64,000 nucleotides of DNA from a virus. The stretch is taken from positions 11,837 through 75,836 of IMG/VR virus record IMGVR_UViG_3300014838_000019, one strand, 5' to 3'. Below the pieces are notes generated by a model. That model was not told the DNA's origin, did not search any database, and saw nothing but the letters and a program-made list of their open reading frames with translations. Below are positions 17,133 to 28,361 of the stretch, piece by piece (within the stretch, counting starts at the first letter, position 1; the number at the start of each line of letters is the position of its first letter). The translations under genes and the position numbers were made by a program.

Positions 17133-17303
17133 ATGAAGGAAATAAATTCCAATGAAGAATTGAAGTGGAAACGAGATTGTCCGTCTTGTGGAGAGGAACT
17201 TATTTATGGAATATTAAGAGAGAAGGATATTCGTCGTCAGAATGAAATAGAACAATATCTTAAATGTAAGTTTATAAGAATTCCCATCAAATACAAGGTA
17301 TAA
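17133..17303 (+). pseudogene. internally deleted paralog of the 15303 endonuclease
   Basis: CPSCGEELIY joined almost directly to REKDIRRQNEIEQYLKCKFIRIP; compare CPTCGKEIVF ... REKDIRRQKEIEKHLGCKFIRLP. Confidence 0.8.
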
Positions 17304-17304
17304 T

Positions 17305-19908
17305 ATGCATCATCAGATTTTTCCGGTCACAGATACTTACATAACCGACCGTCCAAATGATTTGGATACGAAGAACTTTGGTGTGACGGAAATCCTCCAA
17401 GTTGGAACTCAGAACAAACTAATAGGATATATCAGTCCCACCACGGATTATCTCTACTCCAACATTATATTTGACAGCATTGGGGTTCAATACTTTAACG
17501 GCACATTTACGGGGTCTATATTAGGAACGACTGGTAGTTCATATGCATATCTCGTTGGATCGGGAAGTATTACATCGGCATCTTATTTCAGTGGTTCAGA
17601 TATAGGTGGGGTAATAAATGGGATTTTTTCGGGATCATTTGAGGTTGATTTTTATGTTGGAAGTATAGCCAGCGGTTCATATGTTTGTTTTTATGGAACG
17701 GCATCTGGAACTGATACTCGTCAGCAAAGAAGCAGCCAATATAGCACCCAATCGTTCGCCGACCACGCTCTATTACAATTTGATATTACTGCTATTTCCC
17801 AGTCCATTTCTTCGGGAGATATAGTGAATGCGTCATTTTTCCTAAAAGTCAAGATTTGTAACGAATTTGAGATTCCAATGGCATATTCCATTTATGCTGC
17901 CCCACTCAGCGAAAGTTGGGTCGGTGGAGTCGGCTATACATCCGATGGTGGAGATTCCAATGGAGCAAGTTGGGTCTATAGAGATTTTGATGGAGGAACA
18001 GCATGGGTCACTGCGGGAGGAACTGTAATACCCACATATTGTACGCAAAGTTTTCAATATCAATCGGCTGATCTCGATATGGATGTTACTCCCATTGTAA
18101 ATCAATGGTTCGCAGGACTTCCAAACAATGGATTTATTATTCAGTCTTCCGATGAACTTTTCCCAACTGGATCAGGATTCATTCTTAAATATTTTAGCAA
18201 AGAAACAAACACGGTATATTCTCCCGTGCTCGATGTAGGATGGGACGATTCCTCGTTTATTACGGGCAGTTTCTTTACAGCCAGTGCTCAAGTATTATCC
18301 ATTACAGCGTCATCTATGACAGTAAATGGTAGTGGATCGTGGTTAAATGCCGTTGGAGGAGTTCATGGAAACTTTTCGGCTTCAACAGCTATAACCATAG
18401 GAACTAACTACATTACATCAAGTGGAAACATGACTATATTCGTAAATGAATTGGTGCAACAATTCACCGGAAGTTTGACTGGTTCATTCTATGGAATTGC
18501 AGATGTCATTTATGGAACTTTGTCAGGAAGTGGGACGTTCTACACTGATTATTACTCGGGGTCCGTTAACGGATTTCCAATAGTGTCTTCGGGAAGTATA
18601 AGTAGTGGATTGATTGATGTGTTCATTAGTGGAACAGTAATAATGCCTACGAGTTCTATTACTTTATTCACAGGATATTTGTTATCCAATGCCATATCTT
18701 TAAATGGAACGGGGTCTGGTCAATATTATGATTCTGCCTCGGTCGCATTTAGTGGGTTCATATTTGGACAGGGAATATCGGGAAATATTTCAGGAGTTCC
18801 CATATTTGGACCGGCATTTGGTGTAATGAGTGTTACAACTACCGTTGTAACGTTGCCAACAGAATGGAAATATTCATATCCGACATCTCCCAATGAGGCT
18901 CCATACGGAGATATGATACGTCAGATTTTCAACTGTTCTGATTGTGGTGATGGTGGATGGGCTAACCGTCCAAACCCTTGGAATGCCTCCCCACCATTGA
19001 ACAGTCAATTTTGCAATCCAACGCCATATGCATTTGATAGTTTATACTATGTATGGTCAGGCGATGATGTTGGATGGACTATGACCCTTCCACAGGCATC
19101 ATCATCGGTCATAACGTCATCTTGCGGGAAATATCATACCGTTCAAAAAATGGATGGAACGTTTAGTGATGGAGTTTTCAGTGGAAGTTCATTCTTTGCC
19201 TTTTATGAGAACTATAAAATATCATTCGGAATGTTAACTGGGTCGTGGAATCCATCTGCATTGAATGGGGAAACGCTTGTCGTTACCTTACCTCCATTGT
19301 TTTTCCCATATTATACCGCAGTTCTTGAAGGTCCGTATGCTTATGGACCAATCATGGGTATTTATACTACGTCTGGCTCTTATAGCGCAAGTTTTTATGG
19401 TCAGTTCACCGACGGAATGTTGTTGGGGGCAATGGCGGACTTTCAACTGTCGGGAAGTGCCGTTACTTCAAGTTATGCTTATACGAGCAGCGTAAATTTG
19501 TCAGCCAGTTATTTGTTGCCACTCGACGTAGAACAACAGTTCAGCATAAATCTGACCAATTTGCAGTCAGAATATAAGGCAGGAGATATTATCAAACTCA
19601 ATGTATTTGGAAGAAAAAAATATCCTCAGAAGTTTTTCGATCATACTAATCAACAAACTCAATATCTTATTCCTGAGTTTTTGCCTTCATCGTCATATTA
19701 TGCGTTAAAAGACAATCAGACTGGAGAAATTGTAGTTAATTTCGATAGTTATACCCGTATAAGCTGCGACTACCCATATGGAAACTATTTCCTAGTGGAT
19801 ACGACGGGCATACCACAAGAGAGATACTATAAAGTATTGGTTCGTGTGGAAGACGGGTCAATAATGGACACGATTGACACAGGAAAAATATTTAAGATAA
19901 CGAGATAA
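17305..19908 (+). CDS. virion structural protein (DNRLRE/CBM-like N-terminal region, Ser/Gly-rich)
   Basis: DTYI...NFG..EIL and ALLQFD..NNGFII..YFSKET motifs; tail operon context. Confidence 0.6.
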   Translation: MHHQIFPVTDTYITDRPNDLDTKNFGVTEILQVGTQNKLIGYISPTTDYLYSNIIFDSIGVQYFNGTFTGSILGTTGSSYAYLVGSGSITSASYFSGSDIGGVINGIFSGSFEVDFYVGSIASGSYVCFYGTASGTDTRQQRSSQYSTQSFADHALLQFDITAISQSISSGDIVNASFFLKVKICNEFEIPMAYSIYAAPLSESWVGGVGYTSDGGDSNGASWVYRDFDGGTAWVTAGGTVIPTYCTQSFQYQSADLDMDVTPIVNQWFAGLPNNGFIIQSSDELFPTGSGFILKYFSKETNTVYSPVLDVGWDDSSFITGSFFTASAQVLSITASSMTVNGSGSWLNAVGGVHGNFSASTAITIGTNYITSSGNMTIFVNELVQQFTGSLTGSFYGIADVIYGTLSGSGTFYTDYYSGSVNGFPIVSSGSISSGLIDVFISGTVIMPTSSITLFTGYLLSNAISLNGTGSGQYYDSASVAFSGFIFGQGISGNISGVPIFGPAFGVMSVTTTVVTLPTEWKYSYPTSPNEAPYGDMIRQIFNCSDCGDGGWANRPNPWNASPPLNSQFCNPTPYAFDSLYYVWSGDDVGWTMTLPQASSSVITSSCGKYHTVQKMDGTFSDGVFSGSSFFAFYENYKISFGMLTGSWNPSALNGETLVVTLPPLFFPYYTAVLEGPYAYGPIMGIYTTSGSYSASFYGQFTDGMLLGAMADFQLSGSAVTSSYAYTSSVNLSASYLLPLDVEQQFSINLTNLQSEYKAGDIIKLNVFGRKKYPQKFFDHTNQQTQYLIPEFLPSSSYYALKDNQTGEIVVNFDSYTRISCDYPYGNYFLVDTTGIPQERYYKVLVRVEDGSIMDTIDTGKIFKITR

Positions 19909-19911
19909 GAT

Positions 19912-20370
19912 ATGGCTGATTTTTCGATGGACATAGACCAATTTCAGAAGGATGGAACTTATACATATGAGTTTGATGATGCTGGAAACTTGTATTTTAA
20001 CAGTGCCTCCACTGACTTTTCACAGGTCTATTTATCATTACCATTGACCAACGTATCTTATAACAGTGCGAGAATAGAAAAGTTTTACAATCCAACGTTT
20101 CTTGAGTTTATTCCAACAACGATTGTTACATCTTCGGCACCAAGCACAGAGGATTTACAGGCTCAGTTGGGAGTCGTCCAACAAGAAAATATAACATTAA
20201 AGTCACAACTTGATAATGTTATTGCTGAAAATGAAACCACAAGCAATTCGTCAGATTCACAGGTTGTAAAACAAATAATTTTGGAATTAAGAATAGCCTT
20301 GGGGCAAGGTCGAGTAGCAGCAAATTTCTCGGATACATTTCCGTATGCGCCGTTAACGGCACAATCATAA
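19912..20370 (+). CDS. hypothetical virion protein
   Basis: Operon context; coiled-coil segment. Confidence 0.6.
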   Translation: MADFSMDIDQFQKDGTYTYEFDDAGNLYFNSASTDFSQVYLSLPLTNVSYNSARIEKFYNPTFLEFIPTTIVTSSAPSTEDLQAQLGVVQQENITLKSQLDNVIAENETTSNSSDSQVVKQIILELRIALGQGRVAANFSDTFPYAPLTAQS

Positions 20371-20371
20371 T

Positions 20372-23300
20372 ATGGATTACATATCATATCAGTCAATCTC
20401 CGAAAACTCACAAAGTTTGAATACGGGTTCTTATTTGAATCCTACGGAATATGCTATGTTTGTAAATGGGTTCGTTCCAGATTTATGGTATGGACTGTCG
20501 GCTAAAGATGTGGTTGAAATTGGACTTTGGGATAGAACTGAAAATCAACTTGGATGGGATATATTATATCAATCGAAGAGTTATGATGCTGTAACTGTAT
20601 CCTATTTGGATTCTAAAAATAATTCCGTCACATACTCTTATAAAGAGCTTATTCCAGATTTCATTCTGAATAAAACGAACAATCTATTGGTTGATCCAAC
20701 AAATAATATTTCATCGTCCTTTTCCATTTTTAGCGGAAGCTTCAATCTGACATATAATTTGACCCGAGAAATGGCAGGTTCTCCTACTATTCCATTGGTC
20801 ATTACAGACATAGCCCCATCAAGGACTGAAGTAAAATTACTTCCGTTATCAGCATCAGACGATTCTTACACTGCATTTTGTCAGCATCAAGTTTTGATAC
20901 AAGATGCGTCCCCACTGTATATCAGTTCGCTTACATCATGTCCTTACGGTAAGATTTTAAGCGTAGTAACTCCTCTCTATACCAATCAAATTTCTACAAT
21001 CCGAAACTTATTTTTCATTTCATCTGAGGGTGGAATAGAACTATTTTTCCGTAACATTTATGAAGACTTGCTCATGTATTCTTCGAATACATTCGGGGTT
21101 CAGAACTTTATCCGAATTCAAGGAATCAAGACGTATTTCACAAACTATCTTCTGTCTAATGGAGATACTATAGTTAATTTCAGTGATATTGATTCTAATT
21201 TCGGAGCATTGGTTTCGGCTTCAATCGAACGAAAGTTTGTGTCGGTAGGAAAAAATCCTCCGCAAGAATATGTCAATGCCAAAGAGTTTGTATATGATTT
21301 CTTCACTAAGTATTTTTATACTCCAATATCCAATACGCTTCAGACCACATATAATGACAAATATTTTGGATATTTTAAGAACGCTCTGAATGTTGGAAAC
21401 AACCGCTTGCTTCCAATATTAAGTATAGGAATGATGGATGAGAGAACCAGTCCATATGATCCTCTGACGTTGCTTATCAAACTTAAAGACGGGTTACCTT
21501 CCGATCTTACGATGCAGACTCAATGCTGGGTCTCGAATATTTCGTTGGTTCCTCAGATTGTTAGTTCTATTTTGGTTAGTAATACATCGATCGGAGTATA
21601 TCAAATTGGTCCTCCAAACTTTTCTATACCAATCCCACACGCAAGTTTGACTAATACTAATACGTCTTACACTGCGAATGATTTGACGCAGACAGACGAG
21701 GCAGAACGTCAAATTACTGTTGGCCAGAACATACAAAAATTGTCGGTAGATTATACCGATTTCAGTAACTTCGTTCTATTTTCATCTGCTGAAATGCGTT
21801 TGAAAGTATTCAAAAATAAAGCCATAAATCTGTGTGTATTAAGTGCATCGTTAGGATCATTGAACACAATTGCTAATACGTTTCTCGTAGCAAGTGGAAG
21901 TGTCTATCCATATTATACTCAAGAATATACGACCATCCAAACTCAGATGGATAATATCATAAACACGTTTGATGGTTATGAGTCATATCTTTATAACAAT
22001 GGAAGTTATGCCTTCCAAAATGGAGAATTTGTAAGTTCCAGTTATGTAGCGAGTCAAGATGTGATCGCTACTCAATATGATACTGACAATCGTGATAGTT
22101 TGGTAAATACTTGTCCCGAACACGTTCTAACTAATCCCGATAATGATGATTATATAATATTCCTTTCGATGATTGGTCACTTTTTCGATAACATTTACAT
22201 TTACATTGCTAACATGCCTTCGGAAAAGAAGTTGGGAAATGATACGACTTCTGTGTTTTCTCGACAAGTGGTTGACTACATGCTAGAAACTTTCGGGTGG
22301 GATATTGGAAATTCTCTTGAGCAAACCGATTTACTCAACAATTTCTTGACTTCCAACCAAATTGCCGGATTAAACAGTATGTCGGCGGAAGACCGATTGA
22401 AAACGATTCGTAATCGCATCCTACAAAATCTTCCGGCCATTTACAAGGCAAAAGGAACGGACGAAGCAGTTCAACTCATTTTAGGGTGTTATGGTATTCC
22501 ATCGGCTCTTCTTAGCGTTCGAGAATATGGTGGAGTAAACTACAACGACCCATCGGCAGCTTATACGCTCTATGAGCGTGTTTATATGCGTCAGTGGGAT
22601 ACTTCGTCTCGATATGACTCTTACGACCTGCAAGTTCCCACAGGATCACATACGTATTTGTTCAAAATACACCTTGACGACTCTACTCCATACACGTATG
22701 GAAATGAGCAGATTTTGTTTGGGAGAGTTCAAGATTCGAATAACACGTCTGTTAGTGGTTCGGGCGAGTGGTCAACTGGATTTGTTCGCATTCCTAAAAA
22801 GAATACTGGGCAAATATTCTTCAGAATTGGATATAAAGGTCAAGAAGAGTTTAAGTTATACAGTCCTGAATTTCCTCTGTTTGATGGAAACATTTATAGT
22901 ATAATGATTCGTCGGAATTATCCCGATGCGAATTTTGATATTTCAACCAACCCAGATGTAGTACCGGCTCTTTACGATTTGTATGTAAAAAGAAATCAAT
23001 TTGGAAATCAAGTTGTAGCTCTGTCATCCAGTGCAGTTTGCTATGATGTTGGAACCAATTCTCGATTTAGTCAAGGTGGATTGATTAAAATTGGAGGATG
23101 GTTCTCTGATTATAATGGTCAAGGATTTACTGGAGCATTCGATAAGTTTCAAGCTTGGTTAAACCCAATTTCCAATGATGACCTTGAAAACTATGCAAAC
23201 AATTTTAATGCATATACTTCTCAAGTAAGTGGGGCACTTTCCTATAAATCATTGTTTTTCCGTATGCATACAGATTATCCATTCAATCAAAATGTGAATG

Positions 23301-25654
23301 GAATATGGAGAAATGGAAACCCATATTTTGCTGTATCTTCATCGGTAAAACTGAATACTCTGTATGGAGAGCCAAACTGCAATGTTGATTATATCGTAGG
23401 AACCTTGCCTTGGTCTGGTTCGACCGAGATGGTAGAAGGACCATGTGGTCTTGTATCCCAATCAGTTTATCCGTGGCAATGGAAGGTGTTTGATTATCCT
23501 AGCACATGGGGAATGTCTCAATACGGACCCAATAAGTTTCGAAATGAGAAGACGAAATATGTCTCTCAATCGTTGCAAGTTCGCCTAGACAACTTAAACC
23601 GTTCAACCTATGTGGATACGAGTGGAATAGCACCTGATTCCAATCAAGTTGGATTCTTTGCTGACCCACAAGATTTCAAAAATCGTGATATTGTTCGTTA
23701 CTTTGGTAATTACAACTTCATGGATGCTATTGGAGACCCCGAGCTTCAGTTCTCTCAAAGTTATGACCCACTGCGTCTATTCCGAAAAGAGTTTGCTGAG
23801 GATCAAAATCAATTTAGCGGAAGCCGAACACTGTTCAATGAACTTCTCACTACTTACAAGTTATATTTTAATCGTTCGGTATTTGATAGCATTAAGAATG
23901 TGGTTCCTGCGAGAACAAACGCCCTAGTGGGGATTGTTATAGAACCTACTATTTTGGAGAGACCGAAATATCAATCGAAACCAATGGAAGTTAAGGCGAG
24001 GTATGCATTCGAAGTGCCAATTGGACGATTAATGCGAATGACTGCTTCGTTGGCTCCGTCTCATTCAATGAACTTGGATGTTAAATATGTTTCATACCCT
24101 AACAAAGATTATCCCGTCAATTATGGTGGAAACTATATTGGAGATTTGACCGACCGTATTGAGTTCGGGCATTTCGCTGCTGGAGTTCCACCTCGATACA
24201 TTGATTTTTCTGCAAGTTTAGTTGCGGGGGTTGCACCATTGATTGTTTATTTCACTAACCTTTCATATGGAGCAAGCACGTATGTTTGGGATTTTGGAGA
24301 TGGTGTAACTGATTCAAATCCACAAGAGAACATAGTGAATGGTAATTATCCCGTTACACATTCATATTTGTTACCCGGCGTTTACACTGTTACATTAAAT
24401 GGATACTACGGTAGTTACGGATTGCACACTACCAAAATAGGATATATAACAGTTGGTTCCTATCCATTTAATGCTGATTTTGCCGCAAGTCAAAATATTG
24501 GATTAGCACCATTGTCGGTAACATTTACTAATAATACCACCCCGGGTGCAGCTAACTATTATTGGGATTTCGGGTCTGGATCAGCAACTAGTACTGCTTA
24601 TTCCCCAACTCAAGTATATACAAATCCCGGCGTTTATAACGTGACATTGGCATCATCCACATCATCCATATCAACCGGCGTATTCGCTTCTCAACATGTT
24701 AGCACGAGTTATATCACAGTATTGTATCCGACCAATAATTGCAATGGACCATATTTCAATGCTGTTGCTGGAGGAATATACGGACACTATTCAGTATCAC
24801 AATCATATATGGTTTCCCTTGGGTCACTTGAAACTCCCGTTACTGTTAGTTATAATGCAGGAGCAAGTGCATCTCGATATGTTGTCACCATAAACGGAGT
24901 GCAAGAATATGATAGCTTATGGGTATCTACTGCTGGAACAAGTTCGGCTATTATTAATTCCATCAATTCGGCACTGATTTCATATGGAGCAGTGACCGCA
25001 TCATTCCTATCAGCATCGTCGGCGAATGTGGTGACTGCATTTAATAATTCTCTATTCTACTTCAACAAAGATCAGAGTGGAAGCATAACTCAAGTAACAG
25101 TGTATAATCCATTTAACACGACTTCTAGCTTTACAATGAGTTGCCCTACAGCTATAGCTCTTGCAACTGGATCGGCTCCACCATTATTCACTTATAACTC
25201 GGAAACGGCAGTATCTATAGTTTCAGATGCTGGTGGAAATCCATATCCAACATCATTCTTCATTCAGTTTACAAATGTGGACGATGATATGGCATTGGCT
25301 TGGTCGGCTAATAGTCCTATTCGTATTGTATTATGGTATAATGGAGTTGCACAAAATCCAGTGCTTTCTCTAGGAAATCCGAATTTCAATTACAACGGAA
25401 GCTTATTTGGTGACACTGGTTACATTGGTGATCCAAGTCAACAGGGAGTATTGAATAATGCCCTAATTGCTCAAGGTGGTGGGGCGGCTATTATTACTCC
25501 ATTTACACCGTTGAATGGAGTATCAAGTGGAATATTCCTAAATAGCTTCTTTGAAAAACAATCATGGGGGGCTGGATCGAACGAGCTGGCGGTTCAAGTT
25601 TATGCTCCAATTCCTAACACCAAGTTTACCATAACAGTGGGGAACCCATACTAA
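20372..25654 (+). CDS. large baseplate/tail protein with PKD domains
   Basis: NLPAIYKAKGT...CYGIP (gp7/P2 gpI-like motif); two PKD repeats (WDFGDG, WDFGSG, Y..PGVY.VTL). Confidence 0.7.
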   Translation: MDYISYQSISENSQSLNTGSYLNPTEYAMFVNGFVPDLWYGLSAKDVVEIGLWDRTENQLGWDILYQSKSYDAVTVSYLDSKNNSVTYSYKELIPDFILNKTNNLLVDPTNNISSSFSIFSGSFNLTYNLTREMAGSPTIPLVITDIAPSRTEVKLLPLSASDDSYTAFCQHQVLIQDASPLYISSLTSCPYGKILSVVTPLYTNQISTIRNLFFISSEGGIELFFRNIYEDLLMYSSNTFGVQNFIRIQGIKTYFTNYLLSNGDTIVNFSDIDSNFGALVSASIERKFVSVGKNPPQEYVNAKEFVYDFFTKYFYTPISNTLQTTYNDKYFGYFKNALNVGNNRLLPILSIGMMDERTSPYDPLTLLIKLKDGLPSDLTMQTQCWVSNISLVPQIVSSILVSNTSIGVYQIGPPNFSIPIPHASLTNTNTSYTANDLTQTDEAERQITVGQNIQKLSVDYTDFSNFVLFSSAEMRLKVFKNKAINLCVLSASLGSLNTIANTFLVASGSVYPYYTQEYTTIQTQMDNIINTFDGYESYLYNNGSYAFQNGEFVSSSYVASQDVIATQYDTDNRDSLVNTCPEHVLTNPDNDDYIIFLSMIGHFFDNIYIYIANMPSEKKLGNDTTSVFSRQVVDYMLETFGWDIGNSLEQTDLLNNFLTSNQIAGLNSMSAEDRLKTIRNRILQNLPAIYKAKGTDEAVQLILGCYGIPSALLSVREYGGVNYNDPSAAYTLYERVYMRQWDTSSRYDSYDLQVPTGSHTYLFKIHLDDSTPYTYGNEQILFGRVQDSNNTSVSGSGEWSTGFVRIPKKNTGQIFFRIGYKGQEEFKLYSPEFPLFDGNIYSIMIRRNYPDANFDISTNPDVVPALYDLYVKRNQFGNQVVALSSSAVCYDVGTNSRFSQGGLIKIGGWFSDYNGQGFTGAFDKFQAWLNPISNDDLENYANNFNAYTSQVSGALSYKSLFFRMHTDYPFNQNVNGIWRNGNPYFAVSSSVKLNTLYGEPNCNVDYIVGTLPWSGSTEMVEGPCGLVSQSVYPWQWKVFDYPSTWGMSQYGPNKFRNEKTKYVSQSLQVRLDNLNRSTYVDTSGIAPDSNQVGFFADPQDFKNRDIVRYFGNYNFMDAIGDPELQFSQSYDPLRLFRKEFAEDQNQFSGSRTLFNELLTTYKLYFNRSVFDSIKNVVPARTNALVGIVIEPTILERPKYQSKPMEVKARYAFEVPIGRLMRMTASLAPSHSMNLDVKYVSYPNKDYPVNYGGNYIGDLTDRIEFGHFAAGVPPRYIDFSASLVAGVAPLIVYFTNLSYGASTYVWDFGDGVTDSNPQENIVNGNYPVTHSYLLPGVYTVTLNGYYGSYGLHTTKIGYITVGSYPFNADFAASQNIGLAPLSVTFTNNTTPGAANYYWDFGSGSATSTAYSPTQVYTNPGVYNVTLASSTSSISTGVFASQHVSTSYITVLYPTNNCNGPYFNAVAGGIYGHYSVSQSYMVSLGSLETPVTVSYNAGASASRYVVTINGVQEYDSLWVSTAGTSSAIINSINSALISYGAVTASFLSASSANVVTAFNNSLFYFNKDQSGSITQVTVYNPFNTTSSFTMSCPTAIALATGSAPPLFTYNSETAVSIVSDAGGNPYPTSFFIQFTNVDDDMALAWSANSPIRIVLWYNGVAQNPVLSLGNPNFNYNGSLFGDTGYIGDPSQQGVLNNALIAQGGGAAIITPFTPLNGVSSGIFLNSFFEKQSWGAGSNELAVQVYAPIPNTKFTITVGNPY

Positions 25655-25655
25655 T

Positions 25656-26426
25656 ATGAATCTAGACGGACAAGTATATTTTGACATGTTCCGAACATCT
25701 CATCCAACGATTGGGAACTCAGTATTTATGCTCAAACGATGGACTAAGAATACCATTTATGCATTAAGCGGTTCTTACAAACATCATCAAAGTCAATCTT
25801 GGCACAGTGTATCCGACCCAAGATTTAACATGTATTCTACTAATTCCATATATTTGTATGATTATGTGTTGGTAAACGATGCATTTTTTGATGCTGCGGT
25901 TTATACCTCCTCCAGTGTTGATTCAACCCCCGCTGGAATTGCAAGTTACGCTGGAACTATAAACGGTACAGCATCATTTTCTCATAGTGCAAATACATGG
26001 AAAAATAGTCCAAATGCAACAACTAACAACTATTTGTTAAGGTATAATCCTCTTGCAAGTTCGTTTAGAAAATTCCCCGTGTATGGGCTTGACCCCGGAT
26101 ATGCCGCAACGGCATCATATCAAGCGTTAATGGCGACTCCTATTTATACTGATAATGGGACGTATTTCGAAATAGTCAGTGGATACCCGAGGAATCACCA
26201 CACCCATAAAAGAAACATGTTTGCGGCAGAACGATTCACAAGCTATGGATTGACTGGAGATTTATTTATAGGAACTACGATTACATCTGCATCTTACAGA
26301 ACGGGATTTCAGACGGCGGCGACAACCATTAATTCAGGAGGATTAAGCGACGGAACTGATCCAGTTCAATCGTTCCAAGTAACGAATATTAATTTCATAC
26401 AATCGAACAACGTAATTTACCAATAA
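25656..26426 (+). CDS. hypothetical virion protein
   Basis: Operon context. Confidence 0.6.
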   Translation: MNLDGQVYFDMFRTSHPTIGNSVFMLKRWTKNTIYALSGSYKHHQSQSWHSVSDPRFNMYSTNSIYLYDYVLVNDAFFDAAVYTSSSVDSTPAGIASYAGTINGTASFSHSANTWKNSPNATTNNYLLRYNPLASSFRKFPVYGLDPGYAATASYQALMATPIYTDNGTYFEIVSGYPRNHHTHKRNMFAAERFTSYGLTGDLFIGTTITSASYRTGFQTAATTINSGGLSDGTDPVQSFQVTNINFIQSNNVIYQ

Positions 26427-26476
26427 AAAGCATCAACTCACTTATACTTATAGATTAGAACCCGATTTATAAAAAT

Positions 26477-27124
26477 ATGGCATATATTGACAACCAGAGC
26501 ATCACTGTTGATGCAATTTTGACCCAAAAGGGTCGCCAACTGTTGGCACAAAATGGCAACTTGAACATTACATCATTTGCGCTTGCCGATGACGAAATTG
26601 ACTACACGCTGTATCAGCCAAACCACCCGCAAGGAAGTGCTTTCTATGACATTGCTCTTCGCAATACACCAGTATTTGAACCACTGACTGATGAAACACA
26701 AGTGATGAAATATAAGTTGGTTACCCTCAATCAGGGTGTCACGTCCATTCCAGTCATCACTATTTCTCAAGACAAGATTTTGGTTACTTCTACATATACG
26801 GGAGATATTATAATAAATCCTTCCACTAACCCAACATACAATTTACAATTGGGATATACAGCAATTCTTGGAAACAAAAACGTGGGATTGTTGATTGTTC
26901 AACAAACTAATGCGGTTAACTCTGTTTCCAATACGGTTCCAACATTTGCAGGAAACATTAACATCGCCAGTGCTCAAGTTGTTGTTGGTAATAGTTTCCG
27001 ATTTGTCCCAAACAGTGGATTGACCCAGACCACCACGACCAATTTAACCATCATTGGCAATGAGTCGGGAGGAAGCACTTCAATTGAAGTTACTGTTACA
27101 GTTCCCACGACTACTACCTCCTAA
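26477..27124 (+). CDS. conserved baseplate/tail structural protein
   Basis: DAILT.KGR.LLA...FALADDEIDY motif typical of large-myophage baseplate proteins. Confidence 0.65.
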   Translation: MAYIDNQSITVDAILTQKGRQLLAQNGNLNITSFALADDEIDYTLYQPNHPQGSAFYDIALRNTPVFEPLTDETQVMKYKLVTLNQGVTSIPVITISQDKILVTSTYTGDIIINPSTNPTYNLQLGYTAILGNKNVGLLIVQQTNAVNSVSNTVPTFAGNINIASAQVVVGNSFRFVPNSGLTQTTTTNLTIIGNESGGSTSIEVTVTVPTTTTS

Positions 27125-27132
27125 AAAAGATT

Positions 27133-28281
27133 ATGATATTCAATACATTTGACCCCAATCAGGATGTTGTAACGGGACGTGTTACCCAAGTTGCCAGTGG
27201 TTATTGGCCCGATGGCTCTCCTAACTGGGGGCAAGGAAATTTCTTGTCAGATTTTTGGAGAAATACGGGGTCGTCAGCATCTCCATCATACGGAACGTCT
27301 TATTATGACGTTCTATACACAATGTATTATTTGAATGTGTTTCCAGACATTGGGACATATACAAATTACGATCCATATTTTTCCATTACTTATGGAAACT
27401 TTTATGGGGAGTTCGGAAGTGGTTCATTTGCAATAGAATCGTCGAGTATTATGGCATCTCCTACAAAGGCTATTTACAGTCAATATAAAAATGTTTTACT
27501 TGCAGATTCTAATGTTAGTGCTACTTCCAATGGAATGTTTTCCATGATTAGCGCAAGCACCACCGTCAATGCGACAGATATTTGGGCTATAAACTTTTCG
27601 GCTTATAAAATGAAAGACCATGTTGATGAGGGTCTTCTTCAACTTAACTTCAGTGGTTCAAATGGGTTGTTTTCATTCATTGATGACTCGATCTATACAT
27701 CCAATAATCAATCCGTATATCAAATAGTTCCCGGAACTATTGATGCTCCCAATGCCTCTCCGACGTATGCTGGTATTGGATTGTTTTATCCACAATCAGG
27801 AATTGTTATTCTCAATGCCGCAGTTCTTGCTAACATCCTCGGAATCACCATCACCACTGGAACAGGACCGGGAACGGGCGGACCATTGCCCGATGGATCG
27901 TGGCCATATAACTCATCATCTCTAGCAACCAATTACACCTACAATCACATGACTCTGTTTGAGTCAATGAACAGTTGTGTTGGACTTGACATGAACGTTC
28001 GCAAATCAGAGTATGTTCCTTCTCAACATTACTTCGTGCGTGTAATGAATCGTGATTTTAACTACAGCAACAACCCAACGTATGTATGGGATGGAACAGA
28101 TGGAATTCATCCACAAGGGTTAATATACAACTCGGATTTTATTACTGACCCCAAGACATATATTACGAGTGTTGGACTGTATGATGACAACAATAACCTT
28201 GTTGCCATTGCGAAGTTGAGCCGTCCAGCAGTCAAATCATTTGACCAAGAATTGCTCATAAAAGTCCGTCTTGATTTTTGA
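27133..28281 (+). CDS. conserved baseplate/tail structural protein
   Basis: C-terminal YITSVGLYD....LVAIAKLSRP..K......KVRLDF motif. Confidence 0.65.
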   Translation: MIFNTFDPNQDVVTGRVTQVASGYWPDGSPNWGQGNFLSDFWRNTGSSASPSYGTSYYDVLYTMYYLNVFPDIGTYTNYDPYFSITYGNFYGEFGSGSFAIESSSIMASPTKAIYSQYKNVLLADSNVSATSNGMFSMISASTTVNATDIWAINFSAYKMKDHVDEGLLQLNFSGSNGLFSFIDDSIYTSNNQSVYQIVPGTIDAPNASPTYAGIGLFYPQSGIVILNAAVLANILGITITTGTGPGTGGPLPDGSWPYNSSSLATNYTYNHMTLFESMNSCVGLDMNVRKSEYVPSQHYFVRVMNRDFNYSNNPTYVWDGTDGIHPQGLIYNSDFITDPKTYITSVGLYDDNNNLVAIAKLSRPAVKSFDQELLIKVRLDF

Positions 28282-28361
28282 CCATAAGTCATTAATAAAA
28301 TAGAGTTTTGACTATGTGGATCAATAGTTCTTAAATGCGTTATTTGAGTATATTTATTATC

